Positions 41,501 to 53,763 of a DNA stretch of 64,000 nucleotides are shown here, one piece after another. The notes below the pieces were generated by a model. It was not told the DNA's origin and made no database searches. It worked only from the letters and a program-made list of their open reading frames with translations. The first letter of the stretch is position 1; each line of letters begins with the position of its first letter. The stretch lies in assembly GCF_037042905.1 (NCBI RefSeq), contig NC_087251.1, forward strand, positions 13,144,001 to 13,208,000, read 5' to 3'. The translations under genes and the position numbers were made by a program. The stretch is from Lytechinus pictus. Lineage: Eukaryota.

Positions 41501-44500
41501 CATTTATTTTTATATAATTCTGTCCTTATTTATTTATTCATTTATTTATTTATTTATTCATGCATATTCACAATGTGCAATGTAAAAGAATACAGAGATA
41601 ATATATAAATATATATATAAAACAAGTAAATAATGAACATACAAAGGTGTTGCAACATAAGCTAAAAGCTTGATTGGTTGCAGCACCTTTAAACTGGTTT
41701 TGCATCCATGAAAAAAAAAATGTAAGAATAAGGAAGAGAGGAAAGAAAGAGAAAAATATAAAAGTGATAGACTACCAAGATATAACAATTAGCAAGTTTC
41801 AAGTTGTTATGAATATATGGTAATAGTAATTCAACAAAGTTGAATTACAGAAGGTTCAGGAATGAGCATCATTTTATCACATCTTAAAGTGGGAACTTTT
41901 GCTAATTGTAAATAGCACTGTATTAGAATTCTTTTTAAATTAGGCCAAAACATATCTTATTGTATTGAGAGAGAAGATTTTCTTCATGAAATGGAAATAT
42001 TAGATGGTCTTTATTTTTTAGATTTTGTTGATAAAAAGGATCATGCTGTCATAACATAATTTTTGATATATTTTAGAATAGTTGATTGTCATTTTATCCT
42101 TGTAGACACATGTGAAGGGCAAACTAGCTGACAAGAATGATTTAGAACACTATCTAAAAAACCTGCAACATTTGTATGTGAGGTAAGTATTATTAAATCC
42201 ATTTTCCTTTACTTCCCTTCATGTCAGACTCAATCCAGAAGATGAATACTTTAAAATTGATTGCTTGTTTCATTTTGCTTATTATTAAATAATTCTAAGT
42301 GATCTATGTGATTATTGCCTATTTCAATATTAAAAAAAAACTTTTCTTAAAATACAATATATTTACCATTCACAAGCACACCTTGCGTAAGGCTTCCACG
42401 AATCTCACTGTGGCAAAAATTGTTCCCATGAAACATTTTCAACTCAAGCCGACAATGAAACTACAGAAATCACTGACATTAGTCCTTGTCATCTACCTGT
42501 GCATGACCTAAGCCTATCATAATACTAATCCTAGCATCATGACTATCACAAGATTGGAACGATTGTTGAAGGAGGTCGTAGGTCACTGGATTAAGAAATT
42601 TCTCTTGTGAATGTGAGTATGCTTATCAGCTCTTACACCTCTTCCTCTTCCTGTTACCTCCCACGAATAGCACGGTCATGTATGTTATACCTCCAAAACG
42701 AGCAAACTCAGCCAACTTTGTAATGCATTTTTCCAGATTTGTTTGTGGAAAAGACCTTCCATAATTAAAGATTCTCCTCATGTTTCCTCTACAGGACAGA
42801 TAGGCTAACAAGTGCCCTGGCTGAATACCGTCTAGGATCCGATGCCCATCTCCTCAGCCGTCTGACTAAGAAGATCTTTGGAGCATACCTTAACAAGTAC
42901 AATGTCGCAGAGACCAAACATCTCAAAGAAAAGATGGCAGAACATCTTGATATGTATTATAAGGGTCTTGGTCACACCAAGAAAGGTCCACAGCCTGTTG
43001 ACAGGTGAGTTTGATCCAAGGGTTGTGCTACATTAGAGGGGGGGGGGGGTACCAACCACCCAAGATAGAAGATGGCAGAACACTTTGATATGGATTATAA
43101 GGGGCTTGGTGATAATGATATCAAGAAGGGCCCACATCCAGTTGACAGGCAAGTTGGATCTTTGTGGGGTTTTGGGTTATTGTTGCTATTCCAAGCAGTG
43201 GTTTAATGTGTCTGTCCATACAGTAAACTTCACTGGAGACAAAAACAAGTTGCTCTGAACAGAGTAATAAATTGATATGAAAGCAGTCATATCTTCTGTT
43301 TAATCTTCACTTGTAAAAGGAGATAGATTCAGATAAAAAATGATATAGTAGCCATGATTACTTATTGTTTCCAAACAATGAAAAATGTAATACTCCCAAA
43401 ATCTTACCCTGAAATTTGTTAAATTCAAATTTAAGTAAGACCAATTTACTTATGCACTTCTTCAGATTTCAAGACCTTCAGAACAAGATCAGGACCAAGG
43501 CTCCACTGAACATCGTAGGAGCAGCTCCAGTGGCGGACTACAAAGGAGAGACTTTCCTATCACAAGAATTGGCCCTGAATCTCCTCTATGAAGCCAAAAT
43601 GAGCTTTACTAGATGTCAACTGGTAAATGATACTCTCTATGAAATATTTGTATGAAATTTTGATTTCATTTTTAGTGGTCGAGGCCATATTTCTTTGGAA
43701 TCTTTGTTGAAGTTTGGCAGATTTGTTCATATAGGTCATTTTTGTCTCGCCTGCATAGCAGAGCGAGACTATAGGCGCCGCTTTTCCGACGGCGACGGCG
43801 GCGGCGTCAACATCAAATCTTAACCTAAGGATAAGTTTTTGAAATGACATCATAAGTTAGAAAGTATATGGACCTAGTTCATGAAACTTGGACATAAGGT
43901 TAATCAAGTATTACTAAACATCCTGCCTGAGTTTCAGGTCACATGACCAAGGTCAAAGGTCATTTAGGGTCAATGAACTTAGACCATGTTGGGAAAATTA
44001 TTTTCAAAATCTTAACCGAAGGTTAAGTTTTTGAAATGACATCATAACTTAGAAAGTATATGGACCTAGTTCATGAAACTTGGGCATAAGATTAATCAAG
44101 TATAAGTGAACACCCTGCTCAAGTTTCAGGTCACGTGACCAAGGTCAAAGGTCATTTAGGGTCAATGAACTTTGGCCAAGTTGGGGGTATTTGTTGAATT
44201 ACCATCATAACTTTGAAAATTTATGGATTTAGTTCATGAAACTTAGACATTAGGTTAATCAAGTATCACTGAATATCCTGTGCGAGTTTCAGGTCACATG
44301 ACCATGGTCAAAGGTCATTAAAGGTCAATGAACTTTGGCCGTGTTGGGGGTATATGTTAAATTACCATCATAACTCTGAAGTTTATGGATCTAGTTCATA
44401 AAACTTGGGATATAAGAGTAATCAAGCATCACTGAACATCCCCTGTGAGTTTCAGGTCACAAAACCAAGTCAAAGGTCAGTTAAGGTCAATAAACTTAGG

Positions 44501-47500
44501 CCATGTTGGGGTAATTGTTGAAGTGCCATCATAACTTTGAAAGTTTATGGATAGAGTGAATGAAATGTGGACATGGGTGTAGTTGACAGTCTTAAGTCTC
44601 TGTTCAAATGTCATTTATGGTCAATGAACGTGGTATTATGTCATTATATGAATGATGTTTTTGTGAATGATTATTTTATAGTAGTTTTCAAAGTTAGCAC
44701 TGCTGCTATATTAAATTGCGTAATGCAGGCGAGACTGCCAGAGGCGTTCCACTTGTTATTTTTAGTCACCACATTTCTCTGAATAAAGATAAGATTTTCT
44801 TGGATTAGGTATTTTCTGAAATGGCAATAATTGCTTGCTAGATTTCAGTTCTCCTCATTTCACTTTGAGATTGTTTTGATTGAAAAGTTTGGGTGCAATC
44901 TGGTCTGTTATGAGGTTAAGTCACCCGTCACCCTTGTGTATTGTTTGGACTTCCTCGGAATCCAGTGTAATGGCAATTAGTTTCTCAATTGCATTTTGTT
45001 TTCTGCAGCTGTCAAACCAATCCAACCTTGCCAAGAATGCCTATGATATATTCTGTATCCTGATTGACTTCATGTGCAATGAGCACATTGACTATGCCCT
45101 GGAGCTTGGTCTGACGGGAGTACCAATGGGTGAACCTCGAGCCCCTCCTGCAAGCTACTTCTTTGAGATTGTCTGCCAGGCCAATGCCATCTTCCATCTT
45201 CTAGAAAAGCAGTTCAGTGACATCTTGGTTCCTCTCATTAGGTGAGTGCTGTGGACTTTTAAAAATAAACTTTCCTGCAATGTGTGGCATATTGATTTCT
45301 AATGATTTAAATAAAAATGTAAATTTATTCCAAGAAGTGGTGAACATGTATTTGAATAAATATGATGAAATTAAAAGTTGTAGCAATTAAAAAAAAGGAA
45401 TTTGGTAACAGTCATTGTCATCATCATCATCGTCATAATTTGTTGCACCGTAATTATAGTCGTATATAATTTCAGTTATCACCACCCTCATCGTCTTATT
45501 TTTCTCTTTCTCTTCCTCCTCCTATTTCGTCCTTATATACATCATCTCCACTGTCATTATCATCACCATCGTCATCATCATCATCATCACAATCATCATC
45601 ATTCCACAATGACAACTTTGTCTCAAGAATTAACATTTTGTAAGATAATTATGTGATGTCACACTTTCTTTCTATTCTACAGTTCCACTGAGCAGCACAC
45701 AGAGTGTGTAGCAAAGAAGAAAACTTTGATGGAGCAAATGGAAGGGAAGCTAGAAATAGGAGTGGACAGGTCAGTACTGTGGCAATCATTACTTAACCCT
45801 TTAACTACTCAAGTATGTCATTCCTATCTTCATATAGTAATGTGTGTATTTTTATCTTGATGTTTGATATATATTTTCCAGAGCTGTCACTCTTGTTGTA
45901 TTTTAATTCTTAGGTTATTAAATGCCATCTGTGGATGGCTCAAGCACCTGCTATCAACTGAGCAGAAGAAGACTGACTTTAGACCCGAGGCAGAGGCTGG
46001 GATGATGACACCATTCTCTCCAGTAAGTCAAACATATCCTGTTTGTTCCAATCAATCAGCATTTAATATCATGGCAATAAACAACAATAAATTGTGGAGT
46101 CTAAGGGCCAAATGCATAGATTAGCTCTGGGAAGTTTTATATAGCTGTTTGTGTATTTACAAATACTTGGCTAAGGAACCGCTTTTGTATGAAAAGCCAA
46201 AACGTGTTTCTCAATCATTTCTACATGTATAAGGTAAGGTTGATATGTGCAGATGTTAATCACTATTCATAATCAGAGGGTTCATTGTAAAATGAAGTAT
46301 TTGCCACAATCATTTGCCACATAATCTAAATTATTACTGATACAGTCTTTCTTTGTTGGATTATTGGGAAATTTTGAGTTATATTGTAGCAGTTCAAAGC
46401 CTAGTTATTTGTAAAGTTTTGATGTTCATAATTTCCAAAAATGTATTGCCTCTGATATATTTCACACTGACATGTAAACAGATTGTTGATGGACAATGAA
46501 TACTTATACTTCTCCATATATTCTTTTAAGGCTATATCGTAATGCCATAAAGTGGTATTGATATGAAAGATTGAATATTTATTGTTGTTATTGTTATACT
46601 CGTAGGCTTGTGCTAAAGTGATTTCCTACATGGAAAAGCAGGTTGAAACCATCAAGAGATGCATGGATGGCAAGAACATCAACTCAACATTGGCAGAGCT
46701 TGGTATACGATTCCATAGAGTTGTCTATGATCATCTTCAACAATTCTCCTATAACTCAATGGGTATGTTGTCAACAATGATCTCTAGAAAAGTAAGGGAT
46801 GTTTGCTCATGATATCCAATAATATTTGCCTTTGTTTGCTTTGGTGTTTTCTTGATGTCAAATACATTTTTTTGTTCCGCATATTTCAATTGTTTTATTG
46901 CACTTTGTATAACGTTTCAATTTTTTATACAATTTATGCAGTGTTCATTTAGATGATATTAGTGTATGTGTTGGTATTAAGAAATTGAAATAAATCTTTA
47001 AACACTTTCTCTATGAGCATGATTTGCTTTAATCTGCATTAAGATCTGTTTAAAGATCACTAAAGGTTTTGGATAAAGTTCCATTTTTATTTCAAAAGCC
47101 AATTCTGTATTTGGTAGTGTTCTATAATCATATCACATCTTTTTTCTCTGTGGTTATTAAATTCTAATACATTTGATTTCTTCTAATACAGGTGCAATGC
47201 TAGTAATCTGTGATGTCAATGAATACAGAAGACTAGTCAAGAATTTCAAGGTAAATGTTACTATAATATGCAAAGAAATAGGCTGAGAATAAAACAAAAA
47301 GAATCAGTTGTAAGAACAAGAGAATAATAATTTATCCTATTATTTGAATATGAGAGCCATTTTAAGTGAGATTGTTATTTGTATATTTTTTCTGAAGATT
47401 TTGAATGGTATTTTACTTTGTCCCTTTCCCCATTCTTCTATCCGTGAATTTTTCTTCAATATTTCTGATCTTTTTCATTTTTTTTAGATGATTTTAAGTC

Positions 47501-48748
47501 GCGCATGCTTTCATTTTTATGATAATAATGTGACCTTGAATTTCATTACTCTCAAAGGTCCCAGTGGTTAACACACTGTTTGAGATGCTCCATGCCCTGT
47601 GTAACCTGTTAGTCGTAGCTCCAGAGAATCTTAGACAAGTCATCACAGGAGAACAGCTGGTAAGAAATGTATGAAGATATTAGGAAAGTCAAAGTTGATT
47701 AGTCCAATTCAATTAAAGTTTAACACCAGTAATAGAATATATCTTGAACTATTGTGTCCATAAAATGCTTCCCAACCTTGACTTTATGGCCCGAATTCAC
47801 AAAGTTGGTTTATAAAACCATCGGTTGAATCCATGGTTTATGTAGATTTTTTATATAAATTACGCTTATTTACCACGTATATTAAAAAAAGTCCAATGCT
47901 GATGTGCATTTTTGTCACAGTGCACCAACTTGGTGCCTGTTGCATGGTTAAATACGCTATTTTATTCATGAGTCCACTGTTTGAAGAGTGGATGCATTAA
48001 TTCAAAACAGTGGACTCATGAATAAAATAGCGTGGATAACCACGGCAACAGGCGTCAATTTGGCACACTGTGACAAAAGCGCACATCAGCATTGGACTTT
48101 TTTTTTTATATACGGCAGTAAATAAGCGTAATTTATACAGGAAACCTGCATAAACCATGGGTTCAACCAATGGTTTTAAAAACCATCTTTGTGAATTCGG
48201 GCCAATGAGTTTGTAAAGAGCATAATGAGGTACTGCATTCTAAGAACAAGGACATTTGTTCATATTCAGTTGATCTTGCAGTTCATCTTTCTTTATTTGA
48301 ATTGCGGCCCAAATTGAAGTAATTGGTCAGATGAGATTATGAAAAACGTATGACTGTATCCTCTGACTTCTTTTAAAGGGGAATAGATCCCTGTGGTCTA
48401 TAGATCTTATAAGAGACAAATTAACTATGCTCTAGGGAGAGGGGTTAGGGTGTATAATTTTCATATTGGGGAGGTGGAGGAATGAATCTAATAATCATTT
48501 CAATAGATACACCTATATTAATGGATAGATATTCTGTCAGTTTGACTACTGATTAGAATATGTAAATGATTATCTGCTTTTTTGATGAATGTTAATATGT
48601 TTGACAAAATTGAAAAATAAGTAATCCTTTCTTATACCTGCACCTCTTTCTTTTCTTCCAGGCTGGATTAGACAAGTCAGTGGTTATGTCTTTTGTCCAA
48701 TTGAGATCTGACTTCAAGACAGCAAAGATTGCCCAGCTCCTGAGATAG
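29590..48748 (+). CDS. EXOC5: Exocyst complex component 5 (Sec10), ~711 aa, 19 coding exons
   Basis: Exons: 29590-29613 (least certain), 36277-36522, 37058-37255, 37720-37784, 38592-38620, 39946-40055, 40288-40332, 40652-40705, 41274-41360, 42106-42182, 42795-43004, 43466-43622, 45009-45241, 45683-45769, 45914-46022, 46606-46762, 47192-47250, 47558-47659, 48662-48748. Phases are consistent (2136 nt). Diagnostic motifs: FQELDERINSVATKVVHLGDQLEGVNTPR, EQKKTDFRPE, MDGKN..ELGIRFHR, GAMLVICDVNEYR, LHALCNLLVVAPENL, FVQLRSDFK. Confidence 0.95.
31033..31116. repeat. Perfect 39-bp direct repeat, two copies, 45-bp period
   Basis: AAATTTGTGATCACTCTCGCAAAAAGTGTTCACTAGCTT at 31033-31071 and 31078-31116. 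Confidence 0.9.
31224..31496 (+). mobile_element. tRNA-derived SINE (same family as 13344)
   Basis: A-box TGGTCTAGTGG, B-box GGTTCGAATC, and the same body and tail as 13344-13610. Confidence 0.85.
31868..32105 (+). promoter_or_regulatory. Promoter-like motif cluster in EXOC5 intron 1 (CRE, TATA, E-box, 2x CCAAT)
   Basis: TGACGTCA 31868-31875, TATAAAA 31877-31883, CACGTG 32044-32049, CCAAT at 32053 and 32062, TATATAA ~32098. Motif matches only. Confidence 0.35.
32404..32521. mobile_element. Small MITE-like foldback
   Basis: TTAAAGGGGCTTTCACAAT ... ATTGTGAAAGGGGCTTAA; imperfect inverted ends with TTAA on both sides. Confidence 0.5.
34381..34464 (+). CDS. EXOC5: Candidate alternative first coding exon of EXOC5 (MAQSRINSVKSYKVMGGLGNMTDLTSFV)
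   Basis: Strong Kozak CCACCATGG, 28 open codons, consensus donor GTG|GTAAGT, phase 0 matching exon 36277. Confidence 0.5.
35281..36116 (+). mobile_element. Non-autonomous Helentron/HINE (DINE-1/Tsp-like) element with internal tandem repeats
   Basis: T-rich insertion site; 5' subTIR/hairpin GTCTCACCTGCAT..GTGAGAC; (GGC)n; ~120-bp internal repeats; 3' ATGCAGGTGAGAC...CACTTGTT. Second copy at 43739-44757 and a fragment at ~40885-41020. Confidence 0.75.
43739..44757 (+). mobile_element. Non-autonomous Helentron/HINE-like element, second copy
   Basis: GTCTCGCCTGCAT..GCGAGAC 5' end, internal tandem repeats (CATAACTTTGAAAG..GGTCAAAGGTCA..), 3' ATGCAGGCGAGAC..CACTTGTT. Confidence 0.78.
47787..48204. 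mobile_element. Foldback MITE, ~200-bp inverted arms
   Basis: TGGCCCGAATTCACAAAG...CTTTGTGAATTCGGGCCA; the arms pair almost to the centre (GAGTCCACTGTTT / AAACAGTGGACTC). Confidence 0.9.
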
Positions 48749-49127
48749 CAACATCCTTGATGACTATGACATAGATTATACCTGACTGCTTCTTCTGAGC
48801 TTCAGCATTCTCTTTAGCATTTCCTAAAGAGCTCAGCGCCTGAGATAGCAACATTCTTGATGACAACAGCATTTATTTTGGCAAGTTTCTTTAGATCTTC
48901 AGGGTACTCTCTATGCTTTCCTGAAGAACCCTGCTCCTGAGATATCACCATCATTGATGACTATAATGTGGACTGTACCAGGCTTCATCTGAGCACCAGC
49001 ATTCTCTGAAGTCTTTCCTGAAGAACCCATCGCCGAGATAGCAACATTCTAGATGACAGTAACAAGATTATAGCTGTCTTATTCTCCTGAGCTTGTGTGC
49101 ATTCTCAGTAGCCTTTCCTGAAGAACA
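48737..49127 (+). repeat. Four diverged ~96-100-bp tandem units starting at the EXOC5 stop codon; fifth copy at ~50033-50118
   Basis: CTGAGATAGCAACAT..TGATGAC..CAGCATTCTC..TTTCCTGAAGAAC units start at 48740, 48840, 48937 and 49033. Confidence 0.85.
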
Positions 49128-49234
49128 ATTTGTATTAACTAGGTCTACAAGCAGTTAGTCTACTTCTCAGATAGTCTTATACCATAGAGCTAAATCTATT
49201 TGAGATAATCTTTGTAGATTTGCATGGTGGAGTT

Positions 49235-49634
49235 TATAACGAGGAGAAGGTTTACGGTTCACCATGTGTAATATGAAGAAGAGAAGGAAATACAGGCAGA
49301 AAGATTGAAATAGAAAGACGAGAAAGGATGAAATGAGGAGAGAGTACCCCGCGCTCGTTTAACATCCTTCACTCCCGAAGACGGACAGTCAACCTGCCCG
49401 AATCGTTGAGTAACCTCTCTTCACTTCATCCTGCTACTACTCAAACCATCGCTACTCAAGCTATATTCAGCTCATCTCATCTGGTTTACAGTCCTTTTCA
49501 GGACTTTACTCACTTTCAAGAAAAGAATACTTCTATTTTCCTCTTTTCATCCTATCTCGTCTTTCCATTTCGATCTTTCTGCCTGTATTTCCTTCCCTTC
49601 TTCATGGTGAACCGTAAACCTTCTCCACGTTATA
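49235..49634. mobile_element. MITE with ~100-bp TIRs and TA flanks
   Basis: TATAACGAGGAGAAGGTTTACGGTTCACCATG..GAAGGAAATACAGGCAGAAAGA pairs with TCTTTCTGCCTGTATTTCCTTC..CATGGTGAACCGTAAACCTTCTCCACGTTATA. Confidence 0.85.
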
Positions 49635-52090
49635 TCCATTTGGTTTTATAATGTCAATTTGGTCTAGTTGCTGTTTAGTCCAATACCCACTTAATCTCAT
49701 TCCCATTAGGCCTTTATGCCCAGTTGGTCTACTTTCCTCTGTGTCTTCCTATTATTATTTTTTTTTACTTTGTCAGATTAATTTTTTTCATAAACAGTTC
49801 ATACAAGCATATAGACATTGCGGTTTTAGGCCAGTGGATGTAGGATGAAATGTGTATACATTATCTTAACTGGAAATTGGACAAAATGGTAAGTGGGCTA
49901 AATGGCCATTAGCCAAATGTTTATGAGACAAACTGGCCACAGACACAGCAGGATTAGACCATGGGAGATGAAAGCAGATGGAAAATAGAAGAAGCAGGTT
50001 TGAACCATGGGGAAAGTTACCTTAAGAATTCATCTCCTGAGATAGTAAAATCTTTGATGACATAGTTTATACCTGGCTTCTTCTGATCTTCAGCATGCTC
50101 TGTAACCTTTCTTGAAGATGTTGATGACACAAAGACTTGCAGGACATGTGTCGTCATGTTAATTGTCTTCAGGATGTGATCAGATATAGCCACAGACTGC
50201 ATATGAAATATATTTATTAACACAAGTATTAACCTGAAAAATTCAAATTGTCCTGTGAAAACCATATGCACTATCAACATGTTATTTCATCTTTTTGGAT
50301 GAAGACAAACTAGCGTTGTGCTAATAAAATTAAGTTCTTTAATAAATGTGAGTCAATGTTCATCATGCTTTAGATCATTGTTTGTTTCAAAAGTCATATA
50401 AATGAAAAAAGGTTGAATAGTGTATTACCTTTTATACAAATTGAAAATATGTACACCTTTGTCGAACATATGTGGAATTATGGAATCATTCTGCCATTTG
50501 CAATTTTTTTCGTCATTCCATTTAGATAATTGTGATAACATTTAAGAACTGTGTTGTTGAAGTTTGTAATCAAAAGAAAATTAAATTGTAACAGATCTTG
50601 GTGTGTTTCACCCAGATTTGAGAGTGATTACAATTCATATTTGAATTCACAATTACTCAAGGTAAGCAATGCATTGCTGTATTGGACAGATTATGAGATT
50701 ATGAGATGGGTCTACTAATTAAAAATGAGATTAATATTGAATATCACAGGGATGTTGGAAACTTATGTACGACTTCTATCTAGACTTCATTCTTTGTGAA
50801 ACACCTCCCTGATCAAAATTTTTGTTGAAATCTAAGAACATATTCAGGATAAAACTATGGAGTGATTAACGATACAGTGATGCTTAATAGATTAATATAA
50901 GAATTAATGATTCATATAGCGAAAAATGTCGGTCTTGAACAAAATTCCATAGTATATCCCTTTGATCCACTATGTGCAAAGATAATATTTACTCATTGAA
51001 GGTCAGTTGTGTTCCCTTCCACTTTATATACAAGGTTTGTGCCATAATCTATGCAAAATAGGAACTAGGCAGAGTTACTCAAACTAAGAATTATTGATGA
51101 TTTATCATAAATTAATCACAAATACAATATATGTGACCTATCATTCATCAGATGATTCCTAATCCTGACATGAGTGAGTAAAAACAATTTGAAGTAAGGA
51201 TACAAAAATGTCATTTGGAAGATTTTTTAAGAAAATCATGTCTAAACAGTTTAATATCTTCTTTTAATTCAAACGAAGAAAATGGTTAAGAAATAACACA
51301 TTCTGTTTAAGAATAGTGCTTGAATTTCAATACTTTTATTGAATGAGGATGTTTTACAGGCGAGCTGTCAGACTTTCACATTGTTTGGTTTTTGTTATTG
51401 ATCAGCCATACTTGAAGTCTTTTGTTAACAGTACAATAACCTATGACAGGGAATCCATTTCACATTTGTTGATGAAATTGAGGAAATACAAGCAGTATCT
51501 TAGAGAAAAGAACTGTTTTTTCTTGACCTTTTCTTTGATTTAGGTATCAAATAAAAGGGCAGATATCAACAATTTTAAACATGAGGCTTTTTTTAAAATC
51601 CAGATACCAGTTGTCATCTGACTTTTTGGTATTTTTTCTTCATATTGTTTTTACTCATTTGTGTGCGAATGAGAAATCATCTAAGTTATACTTATACTAT
51701 ATAAAAGAGGAGACTCGTCATTTGTGTAAGTAATAACAGGTCATCAAAATTTGTGGTTTTATTTTCCTGGGATGCAATGTATATCTATAAGATCATTAAC
51801 TTAAGTTTGCTATGTTTCTTAATCTACCCATACATGTGTATCCATGATGATATGGATTATATCACTCAAAAGAAAAACATAAATTTACATCAAGAAATTT
51901 AATCTTAAATTGACCAGTTGGGAGGGGTCAATTATTCTCCCCCCCAAAAAAAAAATGTGACCATACAAGTATTTACAAATTTTTGACCACACCACTTTAC
52001 TTTCAAGTCTTACACATTGCATGCATCTTTGGGTGTGTTTTGGACTGGTATGATCTCAATGTTGATTATAGTTGAACCCCCCTCTTCCTT

Positions 52091-53763
52091 TTTTAGCTCA
52101 AAGGGCCAGATGAGCTTATGCCGTGGCGTGGCGTCCGTCGACAATTTCAAAATGCTTCTTCTTCGCCATTTCAAGTCCGATTTCAATTCTGTTTGCTTTA
52201 TATGATAGCACTAGGTGGGGGATTCAAAACTTCTTCACAGAATTTTGAAACTCATTAAATATGCTAATTATGCACGTTTTTCAAAATTCACAAAAAACTT
52301 GTTCTTTATTTGTTGACCGATTTTGAATTTTTTGCTTCCATCTGGTAGAGCTTCATGAGGTTCACCAAACTTCTACACAGAATTTTGAAATTTTGACTAG
52401 AACAATTTTTATGCTAATTTATGCAAAATTAATTCATGCATATTTTTAAAAATTCATATAAAATGCTTCTTTATTTGTTGACCAATTTTGATTTTTTTTC
52501 CCATCTGGTAGAGCTTCATGAGGTTCACCAATTTTCTACACAGAATTTTTTTATTTGGAGTAGAAAATAATGCTAATTTATGTGAAATTCATAAATCACA
52601 GAAAATGCCTCTTTATTTGTTGACTGAATTTCAAAATGCTTCTTCTTCATCATTTCAAGTCTGATTTCAATTCTGTTTGCTTTATATGATAGCATTAGGT
52701 GGGGGATTCAAAACTTCTACACAGAATTTTGAAACTTATGAAATACGATAATTTATGCGTATTTTTAAAAATTCACATAAAATGCTTTTTCTTCTTTAAT
52801 TGTTGACCGATTTTGATTTTTTTTCTTCCATCTGGTAGAACTTCATGAGGTTCACCAAACTTGTACACAGAATTTTGAAATTTTTAGTCGAAAATTTTTA
52901 ATACTAATTTATGCAAGATTTATTCATAAATCACAGAAAATGCCTCTTATTTATTTGTTGACCAATTTTGAATTTTTTTCTTCCATCTGGTAGAGCTGCA
53001 TGAGGTTCACCAAAGTTAAACACAAAATTTTGTCTAGAAAATTATTTATGCTAATTTATGCAAAATTTATTCATAAATCACAAAATATGTTTTTTCTTCT
53101 TCATTTGTTGATCAATTTCAATTTTGTTTGCTTTATATGATAGCTCGAGGTGGTGATACAAAATTTCAACACAGAATTTTGAAACTCATTAAATATGCTA
53201 ATTTATTCATATATTTAAAAAACTCACAAAAATACTTATTTATTTGTTGATTGACTTTTATTATTTTTGTTTCATCTGAGAGCTACATGAGGTTCACCAA
53301 GGTTCTACAAAGAGTTTAGAAATTTTGACTTGAAAATTATTTATGTTTAATTTATATGAAATTTATTCATAGATCACAAAAAATGCTTAGATGTATGTCA
53401 TTTCTTCATCAATTTCAATTCTATATCCTCAATTTATGTCACCAATATAATTCACTAGTGTCAACTGGGCTGAAATTAAAATGACGAAGAAGAAGCATTT
53501 TAAAATTCAGTCAACAAATAAAGAATAGGCTTTATTTGTCGATTGATTTTGATTATTTTTGTTCCATCTGAGAGCTACATGAGGTTCACCATGGTTCTAC
53601 ACAGAGTTATAGATCACAAAAAATGCTTCTGTCATTTCAATTCTATATCCTCAATTTATGTCTCCAATATAATTCACTACATTGTCAACTGGGCTGAAAT
53701 TAAAATTGTGTTAAATTTTGTTGCGAGATGCCGGATGAGCTCCACATCATTGATGTGCTAGTT
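52091..53763 (+). mobile_element. Second Helentron/HINE-like family with a long internal tandem array
   Basis: 5' TTTTAGCTCA..TGAGCT hairpin followed by CGTGGCGTCCGTCG; many copies of CATCTGGTAGAGCTTCATGAGGTTCACCAA..ACACAGAATTTTG; 3' ATGAGCTC plus hairpin CACATCA-T-TGATGTG plus CTAGTT. Confidence 0.78.

Noticed and set aside
50017-50280. Minus-strand ORF overlapping the fifth UTR repeat copy
   Set aside because: The other repeat units have periods of 100 and 97 bp that break frame, so the repeat is not coding.
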